This document shows, one piece after another, positions 30,638 to 43,172 of a stretch of 64,000 bases of DNA; the stretch's first letter is position 1; each line of letters opens with the position of its first letter. The notes beneath the pieces were generated by a model, which worked only from the letters and a program-made list of their open reading frames with translations, made no database searches and was not told the origin of the DNA. Source of the stretch: an uncultured Candidatus Rokubacteria bacterium (GTDB lineage Bacteria; Methylomirabilota; Methylomirabilia; Rokubacteriales; CSP1-6); the NCBI GenBank assembly GCA_963754315.1, contig CAVWFS010000013.1, positions 64,001 through 128,000 of the forward strand, written 5' to 3'. Made by a program: the position numbers and the translations under genes.

Positions 30638-31360
30638 GTGAGCCTGCTGAGCGTCTCGGGGCTGACCAAGCGCTTCGGGGGCGTCGTGGCCAACCAGGAC
30701 ATTTCCTTCACCGTGCGCCCGGGTGAGCTGGTGGGCGTCATCGGGCCCAACGGGGCCGGCAAGTCGACCCTGTTCGATCTGATCACCGGCTTCACCCGTC
30801 CTGACGCCGGCCAGGTGCGGCTCGACGGGCACGACGTCACCGGGTTGCGCCCGGACCGGATCTGCCGGCTCGGGCTCGGCCGGACATTCCAGAAGCTGCG
30901 GCCCTTCCACGACATGACCGCGCTCGAGAACGTGATGATCGGCGCGTTCCTGCACACGGCGGACGTGGCCGAGGCCCGCGAGGTCGCGATGGAAGCTCTC
31001 TCCAAGGTCGGCCTCGCCGATCGCGCAACGGCGCATGCGCGCGGGCTCTCCACGGGGCAGCGCAAACGTCTCGAGCTGGCCCGCGCGCTGGCTACCCGGC
31101 CGCGATTGCTCTTGCTCGACGAGGTCACTGGCGGAGTGGATCCGGGGGCGATTCCCGGGCTGGTGGCGCTCGTGCGCGAGCTGCACGGCCGTGGCCTTGC
31201 CCTGATCGTCATCGAGCACAACATGCGCGTGATCATGGACATCGCCCAGCGGGTGCTGGCTCTGCAGCTCGGCGAGGTCATCGCGGACGGTCCGCCCGCC
31301 GACATCATGCGCGACCGGCGGGTGATCGACACCTATCTCGGTGAGGCGTGGCGGGAATGA
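30638..31360 (+). CDS. HAAT ABC ATP-binding protein (LivG-like)
   Basis: GPNGAGKST, LLLLDE, IEHNM. Confidence 0.92.
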   Translation: MSLLSVSGLTKRFGGVVANQDISFTVRPGELVGVIGPNGAGKSTLFDLITGFTRPDAGQVRLDGHDVTGLRPDRICRLGLGRTFQKLRPFHDMTALENVMIGAFLHTADVAEAREVAMEALSKVGLADRATAHARGLSTGQRKRLELARALATRPRLLLLDEVTGGVDPGAIPGLVALVRELHGRGLALIVIEHNMRVIMDIAQRVLALQLGEVIADGPPADIMRDRRVIDTYLGEAWRE

Positions 31361-31495
31361 CCGGCACGCCGCGTGGCGGACGGGGGGCGCGACCGAACGC
31401 GGCGTCGTCATGGTGGCTGTAGTGAGGAGGCCGCGCCGGTGGATGGCGGAGCGTGACGGAGCGCGGCGCCGTCATGGCGTGCCGGGCGGACGCTG

Positions 31496-32200
<705 letters not shown>

Positions 32201-32229
32201 TCGACCAGCGGCTCGATCCATCCTGACCT

Positions 32230-35200
32230 TCAAGGTGTCGGTCGTTTCCTGACCTCTGCCTCGGCCTGTTCCAGCCAGAAGGCCATGTCCATCTCTCGAT
32301 ACATCGTCGTCGCGATGGTGAGGTGTTCGCCAGCCTGGTCGAGCTTGCCTGTGCGCTGGTAGAGCTTACCGAGGCCGAGGTGGCAGTGGGCGACGAGCGG
32401 GCGCGCGCCGAGTGCGCTGGCGAGGGCCAGCGCCCCGCGGTAGTGGCCTTCTGGGTCCTCGGCGCCGCGTGCCGACGCGATGTCACCGGCGAGGCAGAGG
32501 GCGTGGGCTTCGTTTGCCCGCGCGCCCAGCCGGCGGGAAAGCACCAGGGCCTCTTCTGTGTGGCTCGCCGCTTCGTCGAACCGCCCGGCGGAGAGATAGG
32601 TCGTTCCAGCGCAGAGAAGAGTGAACGGCGCCCAGCGCTGATTCTGGCGACGGCGGGATTCCTCGACGCCGCTTGCCACCAGCGCGATCGCCTCGTCGAC
32701 GCGGCCGGCGAGGGCGTAGGTGGCGCCGAGGGCGGCGGCAACGAAGGGAACTCTGGCCACGATCTGCGACGTTCGTAAGAGATCGAGAGCCCGCTCGAGG
32801 ATCCGGGTTGCGCGTGGCAGATCCCCCCGAGTCATGACGGCGAGTCCGAGACAGGGCAGCGCCCACGACAGCGTGAAGGTATGATCGGCCGCCTCTGCGG
32901 TGCGTACGGCAGCCTCGCCGTGGCCGATGGCCTCGTCGAATCGGCCGAGCTGGGAGAGGACTTCGGCGAGGTTGGCCGCCGACAGCGACGATTGGATGGC
33001 GGGTGCCCCGAAGCGCTCGTAGCGCAGGTCGCCCTCGAGGGCGGCGTTCCGTTCGAGCAAGCGTGACCGCCTCCCCAAACTCGCCGAGGGCCGCGTACGT
33101 CATGCCCAGGAAGGTCGTGGGCACCACGGTCGCCCGATCGCCGAGGGTTCGCGCGAGGGCGAGGGCCTCCTGCCCAAATCTGACCCCCTCGGTGTAGTCG
33201 CCGCTGTTCAGGCACTGGATCACCATGAACGTCGCGATCCTCGCGAGTCGATGCTGGTCGCCGAGCGTCCTCGCCAGCACCTCCGCCTCGCGGAGGTGCT
33301 CCCTCATGCGCGCTCGCTCATCGAGGGGAAGGAGCGCGTTCCGGAGTTCGAGGTGAATGTCGACGGTCAGCTCGGTCATCTCGCGGCTCTCGGGGAGATG
33401 GCGAAGGGCCGGGAGCGCCCCTTCCAGGTGGGCGGCGGCCTCGCGGTAGGCGGCCCGCCCTGTAGCCCGCAACCCCGCCTGCCGCAGATAGGCAATGGCT
33501 TTCTGCCATAGTTCCCCGCGCAGGGCGTGGTGGGCCAGCCGCTCAGCCTGTTCGGCGACGCGCCCGACCGCGAGCTGTTCGATCGCTTCCGTGATGCGGG
33601 CGTGCAGGGCGCGTTGCCGTTCGCGGAGCAGTCCCCCGTAGGCGACTTCATGGGTGAGGGCGTGCTTGAACGTGTATTCCAGATCCGGAAAGAGCCGGGT
33701 CTCGTACAAGAACTCCGCGGCCTGAAGATCGGTGAGGGCGGCGCGCACGTCGGACTCCGGGGTGTCGGCGATAGCCAGGAGCAGCGGCAGGGGCACGTCC
33801 TTGCCGATGACCGCGGCGGCCTGGAGCAGTCGCTTGGCCTCGGGCGCCAGCCGATCGATACGGGCGGCCAGGATGGCCTGGACCGTGGCGGGAATCGTGA
33901 GTTGCTCGACGGGTCGGGTGAGCCGATAGCCACCGCGCTCGCCGACGATTGCGCTCGTCTCCGCCAGGGTCCGCACGCTCTCCTCGAGGAAGAAGGGATT
34001 CGCTTCCGTCCGCTCGACCAGGAGCCGCTTGAGCGAGGTCGAGCACGACATCCGCGCCGAGCAGCTCATCGAGCAGCTCCTCGGCGCTCTCGGGCGGCAG
34101 GGGATCGAGCCGGAGCTGGCGGTAGTAGGTTTTGCCACCCCACGTGTGCTGGTACTGGGGACGGTAGTTGACAAGGAGCAGAAGGCGCGCGGTCGGCAGG
34201 CTGTCCATGAGGCTGTCGAGGAAGGCCTGCGTCTCGCCGTCGATCCAGTGCAGGTCCTCGAAGATCAGAAGAAGCGGCTGTTCGCGCGCTTCCCGCAGCA
34301 GCACCCGCCTGACCGCGTCGAGGATGCGCTGCCGTCGCTGGCCGGGATCGAGCGCTTGCCACGCGGCATCGTCCACGGGCACGTCGAGCAAGGTTAGCAA
34401 GGCCGGCAAGGTCGGCCTCAAGGATTCGTCCAGGGTCAGCAGCTTGCCGGTGACCTTCTCCCGGATCTCGCGGAGATCGTCCCGGTCCTGGATCTTGAAG
34501 TAGGCCTTGAGGAGATCGATCACCGGGAGGTAGCTCGTTGCCTTGCCGTAAGACACCGAGGCGGATTCCAAGACGAGCCAGTCGTGCAGCCGATGGGAGT
34601 GGGTGAACTCGTAGACCAGGCGCGACTTTCCCACCCCTGCCTCGCCCACGATCGCCGCCACCTGGCCGTGCCCCTCCCCCGCATCGCTGCTGGGCGCGCC
34701 GAAGCTGTTCCAGCTCGGCATCGCGGCCCACGAATCGCGTGAGCCCGCGCCGGACCGCCGCCTGCAAGCGCGTTCGCACCGGCCCCTCGCCGGCCACTTC
34801 GAAGATCTCCACCGGCTCGCTCAGCCCCTTGACGTTGACCGGGCCGAGTGGCTTCACCTCGACGAAACCCTCGGCGAGGCGGAGCGTGTCGGCGCTCATG
34901 AGCACCGAACCCGGCATGGCGAGTTGCTCCATGCGGGCGGCGAGATGGGTGGTCTGGCCCACGGCTGTGTAGTCCATGTGCAGATCACTGCCGATCGACC
35001 GGACCACGACCTCGCCCGAGTTGAGCCCGACCCTGACATGGATGAGGGTTCCCTCGCGGCGGCGAACCTCCTCCGCGTACCGCTTGACCGATTGCTGCAT
35101 GCGGAGAGCGGCATAGCAGGCCCGCACGGCGTGGTCCTCGTGGGCGACCGGTGCTCCGAAGAGGGCCATGATGCCGTCACCCATCACCTGGTTGACGGTA

Positions 35201-35589
35201 CCCTCGTAGCGGTGAACGGCCTCCATCATGTGCTCCAGCACCGGGTCGAGCAGCTTGCGCGCCTCCTCGGGGTCACGGTCGGCCAGCAGCTCCATCGAGC
35301 CCTTGAGATCGGCAAACAGCACGGTGACCTGCTTCCGCTCGCCCTCCAGGGTGGCCTTGGAGGTCAAGATCTTCTCGGCGAGGTGCCGGGGCGTATAGAG
35401 CTCGGGCGCGGCGAAGCGCGGCTGCGCCCCGGAGACGATGCTCACCGGATGGGCGCACTCGAAGCAAAACTTCGCGGTTGGCGGTAGCTGCGTCCCGCAG
35501 TTGGCGCAGGCGAGCATAAGCGGCGCGGCGCACTCCAGGCAGAACTTTGCGTGCGGCGGGTTCTCCTGCTGGCACCGGGGGCACCTCAT
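32230..35589 (-). CDS. Double zinc ribbon + class III adenylate/guanylate cyclase + AAA/STAND ATPase + TPR protein (about 3 frameshifts)
   Basis: CPRC/CLEC ribbons, VTVLFADLKGS, GDGIMALFGAP, GEAGVGKS, FEDLHWID, FKHALT; frame changes near 34685, 34035 and 33060. Confidence 0.88.
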
Positions 35590-35594
35590 GCTGG

Positions 35595-36023
35595 TCACTC
35601 GTGCTCGGCCGAGAGTACGGCGAGGAAGGCGCGCGCATCCACAATGGCGACGTCGCGGAACTGTCTCACCGCCAGCAAGTCATCGTCGCCCGTAACCAGG
35701 TAGTCGGCACCCCCGGCTGCTGCGCACCCGAGTAAGTAGTCGTCGTCGGGGTCGCGGCAGACGCCGGGAGCTTGCCCGTGGGGAAGCAGGAGGGCTTCCG
35801 CACTCAAGAGCTCGAGGAACGCGTGTCGATCGCTTGGCACGATACGGTATTTGTTCACGATCTTCGGCCGGCTCAGAACCTCTCCCACCTCCTCGATCTG
35901 GCCCGGGGCCAGGAGGAGCACGAAGGCCCGGTTACGCCAAGCGTCGATGAGCTGTCGCTGCAAGCCCCGAGCGCTGAGAAGGCTGCTGACGAGCTGGTTC
36001 GTGTCCGGCAGCGCTTTAAGCAC
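35595..36023 (-). CDS. PIN-domain toxin (putative TA toxin)
   Basis: DTNQLVS, CRDPDDDYLLGCA, YLVTGDDDLL. Confidence 0.88.
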   Translation of the reverse strand: MLKALPDTNQLVSSLLSARGLQRQLIDAWRNRAFVLLLAPGQIEEVGEVLSRPKIVNKYRIVPSDRHAFLELLSAEALLLPHGQAPGVCRDPDDDYLLGCAAAGGADYLVTGDDDLLAVRQFRDVAIVDARAFLAVLSAEHE

Positions 36024-36339
36024 GCCGCCGGCGGCGAGTCAGCTTCAGAGCCTCTCGTACGTCGCGCTGGACCTCGCGGTCCGGGACGGACGGAAGCCGC
36101 CGGCGAATCCGGTCGACAACCTCGAACCTGGTGTCGCGCTCGGCGATCACCCGCTGGAACTCCTGGGCGCTGATGATCCCGACCATCGGCACCCCTGACT
36201 TTTCGACCAGGACCCGGACCTGGCCACCCTGAACCTCCTTCATGATCTGACCGAACTGCGTCCGGGCTTCCAGGGCGGGGATCGTCTTGACCTTCAAGGT
36301 TCCGGCCTCCGGTAATGAAGACTGAGTAGTTCTAATCAT
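36016..36339 (-). CDS. Phd/YefM family antitoxin
   Basis: IPALEARTQFGQIM..VLVEKSGVPMVGIIS; overlaps the toxin start. Confidence 0.82.
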   Translation of the reverse strand: MIRTTQSSLPEAGTLKVKTIPALEARTQFGQIMKEVQGGQVRVLVEKSGVPMVGIISAQEFQRVIAERDTRFEVVDRIRRRLPSVPDREVQRDVREALKLTRRRRRA

Positions 36340-36428
36340 ACCTGATGAGCGGGAGATTTCGGTGACTGGCCCACGTCGTGCTGCTGGATGGACTGCTGCG
36401 CTGAGGACCCCCGATCGCCCTCACTGGA

Positions 36429-37433
36429 TCACTTCATCGGCGCGCGAGGATCAACGTTTGAGGGATGGTGAGCCCGATGTCCTTGGCCGTCTTTCAGATT
36501 CACGATGAGGCTGAACTTCGAGGGCCGCTCCACCGGGAGGTCAGCGGGGCGCGCGCCGCGCAACACGCGGTCGACGTAGCCGGCGAGCTGGCGCCACATC
36601 GACGGGAAGTCGGGCCCGTACGCCATCAGCCCGCCGGAGCCGGGGTAGGGCGAGAAGGGGCTGATCGAAGGCACCCGGCTCTGGCGCGCCAGCTGGGCGA
36701 TCCGAGGCAGGGAGACAAACACCACCGGTGCGGTCAGGAGGACGATCGCCTGCGGGCGCTTGGCCAGCAGATGTTTCATCGCCTCGTCGATCTCTGTCGT
36801 TTGACGCAATGCCGCCGTGAGCAGGCTCATATTGGCCGTGCGACTGATGGACTGCAGCTCCGCGAATTGCGGTTGCCCGATCCGATCATCCCAGACGACG
36901 CCAAGGCGGTTGAGGGACGGCAAGACTTCCCTGAGGAACTGGACTTGCTTGCCCGCGATTTCCGGCAGATCCATCCATATACCGGTGACGTTCCCTCCCG
37001 GCCGGGCCAGCGTCTTGACGAACCCGCTTGCCACTGGGTCGGACTCGAGATCCACTGCGAGGATCGGGATCGCTGTGGTGGCCCGCATCGCACCGCGGAG
37101 CCGATGGGGACCGCCCGTGACCAGCACATCGGTTGGAGTGTTTGCCACGTACTCCTGAACTCGTGCCTCGCTGTCCTCAGCGCGCCACTCGAATGCGATG
37201 TTGCTCCCCTCGACCCAACCGCGCTCGCGCAGCGCCTCGACCAGCGCGTCTCTGACTGGGCGCGCCGAGTAGATTCCGACCCGATGAACTCGAGGCTGCG
37301 CGGTGACCCCGGGCGGCGCCGTGAGCGCTGCCACGATCCCCACGATGACCTTGCGGCGAGAGACTCTCACGGCGGCGGCTACCCTCAGATCCCCTTGATG
37401 ACGTGACTTCGCCGCTGACGTTACCATAGTCAC
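36429..37433 (-). CDS. ABC_sub_bind-type substrate-binding protein (C-terminal frameshift; real start probably near 37370)
   Basis: DPVASGFVKTLARPGGNVTG, YVDRVLRGARPADLPVERPSKF. Confidence 0.85.
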   Translation of the reverse strand: MTMVTSAAKSRHQGDLRVAAAVRVSRRKVIVGIVAALTAPPGVTAQPRVHRVGIYSARPVRDALVEALRERGWVEGSNIAFEWRAEDSEARVQEYVANTPTDVLVTGGPHRLRGAMRATTAIPILAVDLESDPVASGFVKTLARPGGNVTGIWMDLPEIAGKQVQFLREVLPSLNRLGVVWDDRIGQPQFAELQSISRTANMSLLTAALRQTTEIDEAMKHLLAKRPQAIVLLTAPVVFVSLPRIAQLARQSRVPSISPFSPYPGSGGLMAYGPDFPSMWRQLAGYVDRVLRGARPADLPVERPSKFSLIVNLKDGQGHRAHHPSNVDPRAPMK

Positions 37434-37518
37434 CCAGCATCATCCTGGTCGAGCCGCGCGAGTTCCCCGAAGACGTTGAGGATCGAGGGCAGCCTCCGCC
37501 TGAGATAGACTCCTGACG

Positions 37519-40150
37519 ATGGCCGAGCGGACGCTGCTGCACTATCGCGTGCTGGAGAAGATCGGCGCCGGCGGCATGGGCGAGGTGTACCGCGCGCTCG
37601 ATAGCAAGCTGAACCGCGAGGTGGCGATCAAGATCCTGCCCGAGGCGTTCGCCAACGATCCCGAGCGCGTCGCTCGCCTGCGCCGGGAAGCGCAGCTCCT
37701 CGCCGCCCTGAACCACCCCAACATCGCCGCCGTCTACGACCTGGAACAGGCGGACGGGCAGTGGTTCCTGGTGCTCGAGCTGGTGCCAGGGAAGACGCTG
37801 GCCGAACAGCTGCAGAAGGGCCCGCTGCCGTTGTCTCAGGCCCTCTCCGTCGGCCACCAGATCGCCGAAGCGCTGGAGGCCGCGCACGAAAAGGGCATCA
37901 TTCATCGGGACCTGAAGCCAGCCAACGTCAAGCTCACTGCAGATGGGCACGTGAAACTGCTCGACTTCGGCCTGGCCAAGATCAACCCGGTACGCGACGG
38001 TTCGGCGGACCAAACGTCGGCCGAGACCCGGGCAGAATTCACCGAGCCCGGCCTCGTGCTGGGAACTGTTGCCTACATGAGCCCCGAGCAAGCCCGCGGC
38101 GAGCCGGTCGACCGTCGCAGTGACATCTGGGCTTTCGGCTGCGTGCTGTACGAGATTCTCACCGGCCGGCGACTGTTCGCCGCGAAGACCGCGTCCGACA
38201 CGATGGCCGAGATCCTGCGTGGCGATCCGAAGCTGGAAGGGTTGCCGGCCGCCACGCCACCATCCGTCCGCGTCCTGCTGGAGCGCTGTCTACGCCACGA
38301 TCGTTCGCGTCGGCTGCGCGACGTGGGCGATGCGCGCCTCGAGCTGGAGGACGAGCGTGCCGCCGCCCCGCCACCGGCCCCCGCACGCGCAACGCGACGC
38401 GCCCTGTGGATGCTGGCCGGCGTGCTCTTGGCGGCTCTTGTCCTTGGAGCTGCGTGGTGGCAGATGCAGCCAAAGCAGGAATCCGCATCGAACGTTCAGT
38501 TCCAGCGGCTCACGGATTCCCTGGGCATGGAGGAGTCGCCGGCCATCTCCCCCGACGGCAAGGCCGTCGCCTTTGTCGCGCCCACGGGCGGCCGGCGCCA
38601 CATCTGGGTACGTTTGCTGGCCGGTGGGGTTCCGCTTCAGATCACGCGCGACGATGCGGATCACCAGCAACCGCGCTGGGCGCCTGACTCCAGCTCCCTC
38701 ATCTATTACTCGCCTGCCGGCACCCCCGGCGAGCAAGGAACCATCTGGGAGGTCTCCGCCCTGGGCGGCGCGCCGCGGCGCGTGACAGCCGCCTCGAGCG
38801 GCGGCGATGTCAGCCATGACGGCCGTCGGATCGTCCTGTTCCGGGAGCAGGGCGGGCACGACGGAGCTGGCCATCGTCACGCGCGACGGCTCGAGCGTAA
38901 ACGTCGTGAAACAGCTTTCGGGGGACGCCCTCTATGATTCGCCCCGCTGGTCGCCCGACAACCACGCCATTGCCTACCAGCGATTGAGCCATGTCGGGTT
39001 CGATGCTCGTGTGTACATCGTCGCCGCCTCCGGTGGGGAGCCGCGACAAGTCGCGCGCGGCGACAATGTGCGCGGCATCGCGTGGCTGCCAGACTCGTCC
39101 GGCCTCATCGTCAGCTCCTCGCTGGGGAGCACGCTGCTCTACCCACCGATCCTCAATCTGCGCACGGTGGCCCGAGATGGCACCGGGGAACGGCAGCTCA
39201 CCTTCGGTGACGCCTCATACGTGGAGCCGGATGCTCACGCATCGGGCAAGCTGCTGGCCACGCGGGTCAAGATCCGGTCCAACATCTGGAAGTATCCCGT
39301 CACCGGATCGGCCGCCGAGAATGTTCGCGCCGGCATCAGGATCACGAACCAGACGGGGCAAACGCAGACGCCATCGCCCAGCCCCGACGACCAGGAGGTG
39401 GTGTATCTCTCCGACAGCGGTGGGCACGCCAATCTCTGGGTGGCCCGGACCGATGGTTCGGGCCTTCGCCAAATCACGTCCCAGCGCGATCCTACTGTTG
39501 CCGTGGGCATTCCGCTCTGGTCGCCGGCGGGGAGTAGCATTGCTTTCCGCCTCATGCGGGGAGGCACGAGCCAGATAAACCTGATTCAGGCCGACGGCAG
39601 CGGCCTGCGTGAGATTGTCCCGCGTGGTATGTGGGCGAGCTGGTCTGGCGATGGCCGATGGCTTTACTACGTTCCAGCGCGCGACACAACCTACTCCGTC
39701 GAGAAGGTTCCGATCGACGGCGGCCCTCCGCTTGTCGTGCGCCGGGACAATGCGGGTGGCCCCGCCCTGTCCCCGGACGGGACGACGCTCTACTTTGTCA
39801 CTCCTCTCAAGCGAGGCGGCTGGGAAGTTCGGAAGGCGCGACCGGAGGACGGTCCGTCTCAGGTTCTTGCTCGGATCGTCGGCTCGCGGGTTCCGGTCAA
39901 CCCACTGCTCGTCCAACCGACCGTGTCACCCGACGGCAAGTGGATCGCCCTGCCCCTCATCGACGGCGTGACGACCAATCTCTGGGCGCTGTCCACCGAA
40001 GGTGGGCCCATGCAGAAGCTCACCGATTTCGGTGATTGGCCCATCATCATCGCGCGGCGCGTCGCGTGGTCAGCCGACAGCCGGCACATCTACGCCGCGG
40101 TAGCGGAACTGGACGCTGATGTCGTGCTGCTCGACGGACTGCTCCGCTGA
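37519..40150 (+). CDS. Hanks-type Ser/Thr kinase + TM + TolB-like PD40 beta-propeller (frameshift ~38855)
   Basis: GAGGMGEV, VAIK, HRDLKPAN, DFG, YMSPEQ; TM segment; repeated P.(I/W)SPDG motifs. Confidence 0.9.
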
Positions 40151-40194
40151 TTCCTCGGTCTGCGCATCTGAGCCCTCTCACCAAGTCCATCGGC

Positions 40195-41324
40195 TCATGA
40201 CCGAGCCTGAGCGAGGCGCTCCACGTGCAATCCTTTCCAGAGATGCAGAAGCGGATCGTGACCAAGGGCAAGCCGGGCCAGGATGTCTCCCACGGCTGGA
40301 GCAAGAGCAAACCCGTGGCCGGAGAAGCCGGCGGCGACGAGCAGGCCCTCGACGCCACCAATCGGGCCCAGAATCGGCAGGCCGTCGGGCATGAACGCCT
40401 CGATGCCGACCCAGCTCTGCACGACGGTACGCCGCTCCAGCGGCGCATAGACACCGCGGGCGACGGCGAAACTCCCGTGCACGCTTTCGTCGAGGACGCG
40501 GCCGCGGTTCGCTGACTCGTCGGGGATCACACCCGGCCAGCCCCCGCCGATCAGATACGCGCCCCCGGAAAGCTGCTTGAGGCTGAGTTGACCGCCGATG
40601 CGTCCCAGCACCGGTATTGGAGCGGATGGCCCCGGGTCGGTGAGTAGCATCTGGAGCCCGCGCGCCGTCAGCGGGACCGGAACGCCGAGGGGAGCGAGGA
40701 GCGTGGTCGTCCACGCTCCGGCGGCCACGACCGCGACATCACACGGCACGCGCGTGCCGTCGCGCATTGCGACGCCCACGATCCGGTTCGCCTCGACGAG
40801 GATCGATGCCACGGCCACCCCCTCACGAATGGCGGCGCCGAGCCGCCGAGCGGCGGCCGCAAAGCTGTGAACGGTGGACAGCGCGTCGGCCTGACCATCG
40901 ATGCGGACAGTGGATACCCCCCACTACCGCCGGCGACAGCCCGGGGGCGATCGATCGCGCCCCAGGCCCGTCGACCAGCTCGACCGGCACACCGTCCGCT
41001 CGCTGCGCGGCCACGTCGGCCTGGACTTGGGCCTGCTCGGCTGCGCTCTCCGCGACCCGCAGACCCCCTCCGCGCCGGTAGCCCGTCGAACCCTCGAGCT
41101 CACGGTCAAGGTCGGGCCAACGGGCCAGACTCACCAGAGCAATCGCCCGCTCGGCCGGGTCGCGGCCCATGACGCGCACCCCGGCTGCGCTCGCTCCTGA
41201 GGCCCCGGCCCCCACCTCCGCGCGCTCGACGACGGTCACGCGTGTCCGCCGGATCGGCGCGGCGTAGATGCCACGCCGTGCTGAGTCCGACCAGTCCACC
41301 GCCGATGACCACGACCGCCGTCAC
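40195..41324 (-). CDS. FAD-dependent oxidoreductase (DAO/sarcosine oxidase beta-like), several frameshifts
   Basis: VVVIGGGLVGLSTAWHL, GASGASAAG, PDGLPILG, AGFSGHGFALAPAVG. Confidence 0.82.
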
Positions 41325-41489
41325 GCCCTGAGACCCGATCCGCCGCAAGGATGAACAAATGAGCAATGTTTGCCCTCTACCGAGCAAGATTTTCACGCGC
41401 CGGACTCGGGTCTGGCGCGACCCGCCCGAACGTAGCACACGCGAGGCCTGGCTCGCTTCTTGCCCATTGGCTTCACTATAGGCGACTCT

Positions 41490-41949
41490 ATGAGAGAAGG
41501 CAGAAGGACGGAACAGGTGGTGCTTCTTGATCGCCGGCCTTCTGTTGGCCACGGGGGCGTGGGCCAAGAAAATCACCGCAGCGGGAAGCGTGACCCTTGT
41601 GCAGTGCGCTGGTATCGACGCCAGCGGGAACTGCCTAGCGCCGAGCATACCGGCCGGCCTCATCGTGACCGCCGTGACCGGCAAGCGCCACCTGAAGGAC
41701 AACATCACGCAACAGCTCCCGCTGCCCGGCCCCCTCTACGCGCTCGCGTTCTTCGTGGAAGGAGACAAGAACAAACCGCACGACGACGACTTCGATACGC
41801 AACTGGTACTGGTCAATACTGACACGGCGAATCCGATGATCGTGCGGACGATCGTCAAGAATTCCAGCGGGGTGGTGCTCTTCAACATCGATCGAACTCT
41901 TGCGGCCGGCGGCACCGCCGTGGTCGTCCTCTCGGACGAGCTGGACTAG
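41490..41949 (+). CDS. Hypothetical secreted protein (frameshift in the leader)
   Basis: Signal-like IAGLLLATGAWA, Cys pair, good GC3 bias; no family recognised. Confidence 0.55.
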
Positions 41950-42018
41950 CCGCCCGCTCGCGAAGTCATCCCCTCTCATCCAGGGCCTTGCTACCATCAG
42001 ACGGACCTGGAGAGGGGC

Positions 42019-43103
42019 ATGGCTACCATCGAGCTGGTCGACGTGTGCAAGACGCTCAAGGAGGAGGGGGCCGCGAGGCTCGACGTTTTCCATCCAGAAT
42101 CTGAACCTGACCATTCCCGATGGCCAGACCATGGTCGTGCTGGGTCCGAGCGGGTGCGGCAAGACCACGCTCCTCAAGATCATCGCCGGGCTCATCCCGC
42201 CGGACTCCGGGGAAGTGCGCTACGACGGCGTGAACGTCAAGGACCTTCCCCCCGGCCAGCGGCGTCTGGGCATGGTCTTTCAGAACTATGCCCTCTATCC
42301 GCACTTCACCTCCAGGACGAACGTCTTGTCGTATTTCCTGTTCAGGAAGAAGACGCCCGAACTGAACGCGCTCGCCGCCGCCAAGTACCAGCGGACCAGC
42401 GAGCTCATGGGCGTCGAGCTCGCCCATCTCCTCGATCGCAAGCCGACCACCCTATCTGGCGGGGAGAAGCAGCGAGTGGCCCTCGGGCGCTGCATCACGC
42501 GAGACGCCACGCTCTTCCTGGTCGACGAGCCCTTCGCCAATCTCGATCAAGCGCTGCGCGAGAAGTATCGCGTGAACCTGAAGATCTTGCTGCGGCAGTT
42601 CGACATCACGACGGTCTACGTGACTCACGATCACCATGAAGCCCTGATTCTCGCCGATCTGGTGGCGGTGATGGACCGGGGGACGATCGAGCAGATCGGA
42701 ACATACCAATCGATCTACAACCACCCGAGGAACGTATTCGTGGCCGGCTTCCTGAACTTACATATGGGCACTCCGCCCATCAATCTTCTCGACGCACGAC
42801 ACCTGCCGGAGGGGCAGCGACTCGGCGACGTCTGGGCTGGCGTGCGTCCCGAGGATGTCGAGATTTCCACCGAGCGAGATGCGGAGCGTGTGCGGGGGAC
42901 GATCGTCGAGCACGTGCGCTTCCCGCTCAAGAACACCACGCTCTCGGTCATTCGCGTCGGAGAGCACGAGCTTCACGCCCAGACCTCGTCGGGCGGGACC
43001 TCTCCGCCAAGGCGCCGAGGTCTGGCTCACCTTCAAGCGCTATCACCTGTTTGACAAGGAGTCGGGCCTGAGAGTACCCACCGACGCCGCGCGACGGGCT
43101 TGA
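42019..43103 (+). CDS. MalK-like ABC ATP-binding protein (frameshifts ~42070 and ~43010)
   Basis: GPSGCGKTT, MVFQNYALYPH, LSGGEKQRVA, VTHD, TOBE-like tail. Confidence 0.88.
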
Positions 43104-43123
43104 AGGCGAGCAGCCCGCCCGCC

Positions 43124-43159
43124 GCGTCGTCGGCGTGACGGGGTCCGCGCCGACGACGC
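43124..43159. terminator. GC-rich hairpin between convergent genes
   Basis: GCGTCGTCGGCG-12 nt-CGCCGACGACGC perfect 12-bp stem; no U-tract. Confidence 0.5.
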
Positions 43160-43172
43160 CGAACCGGCGGCG

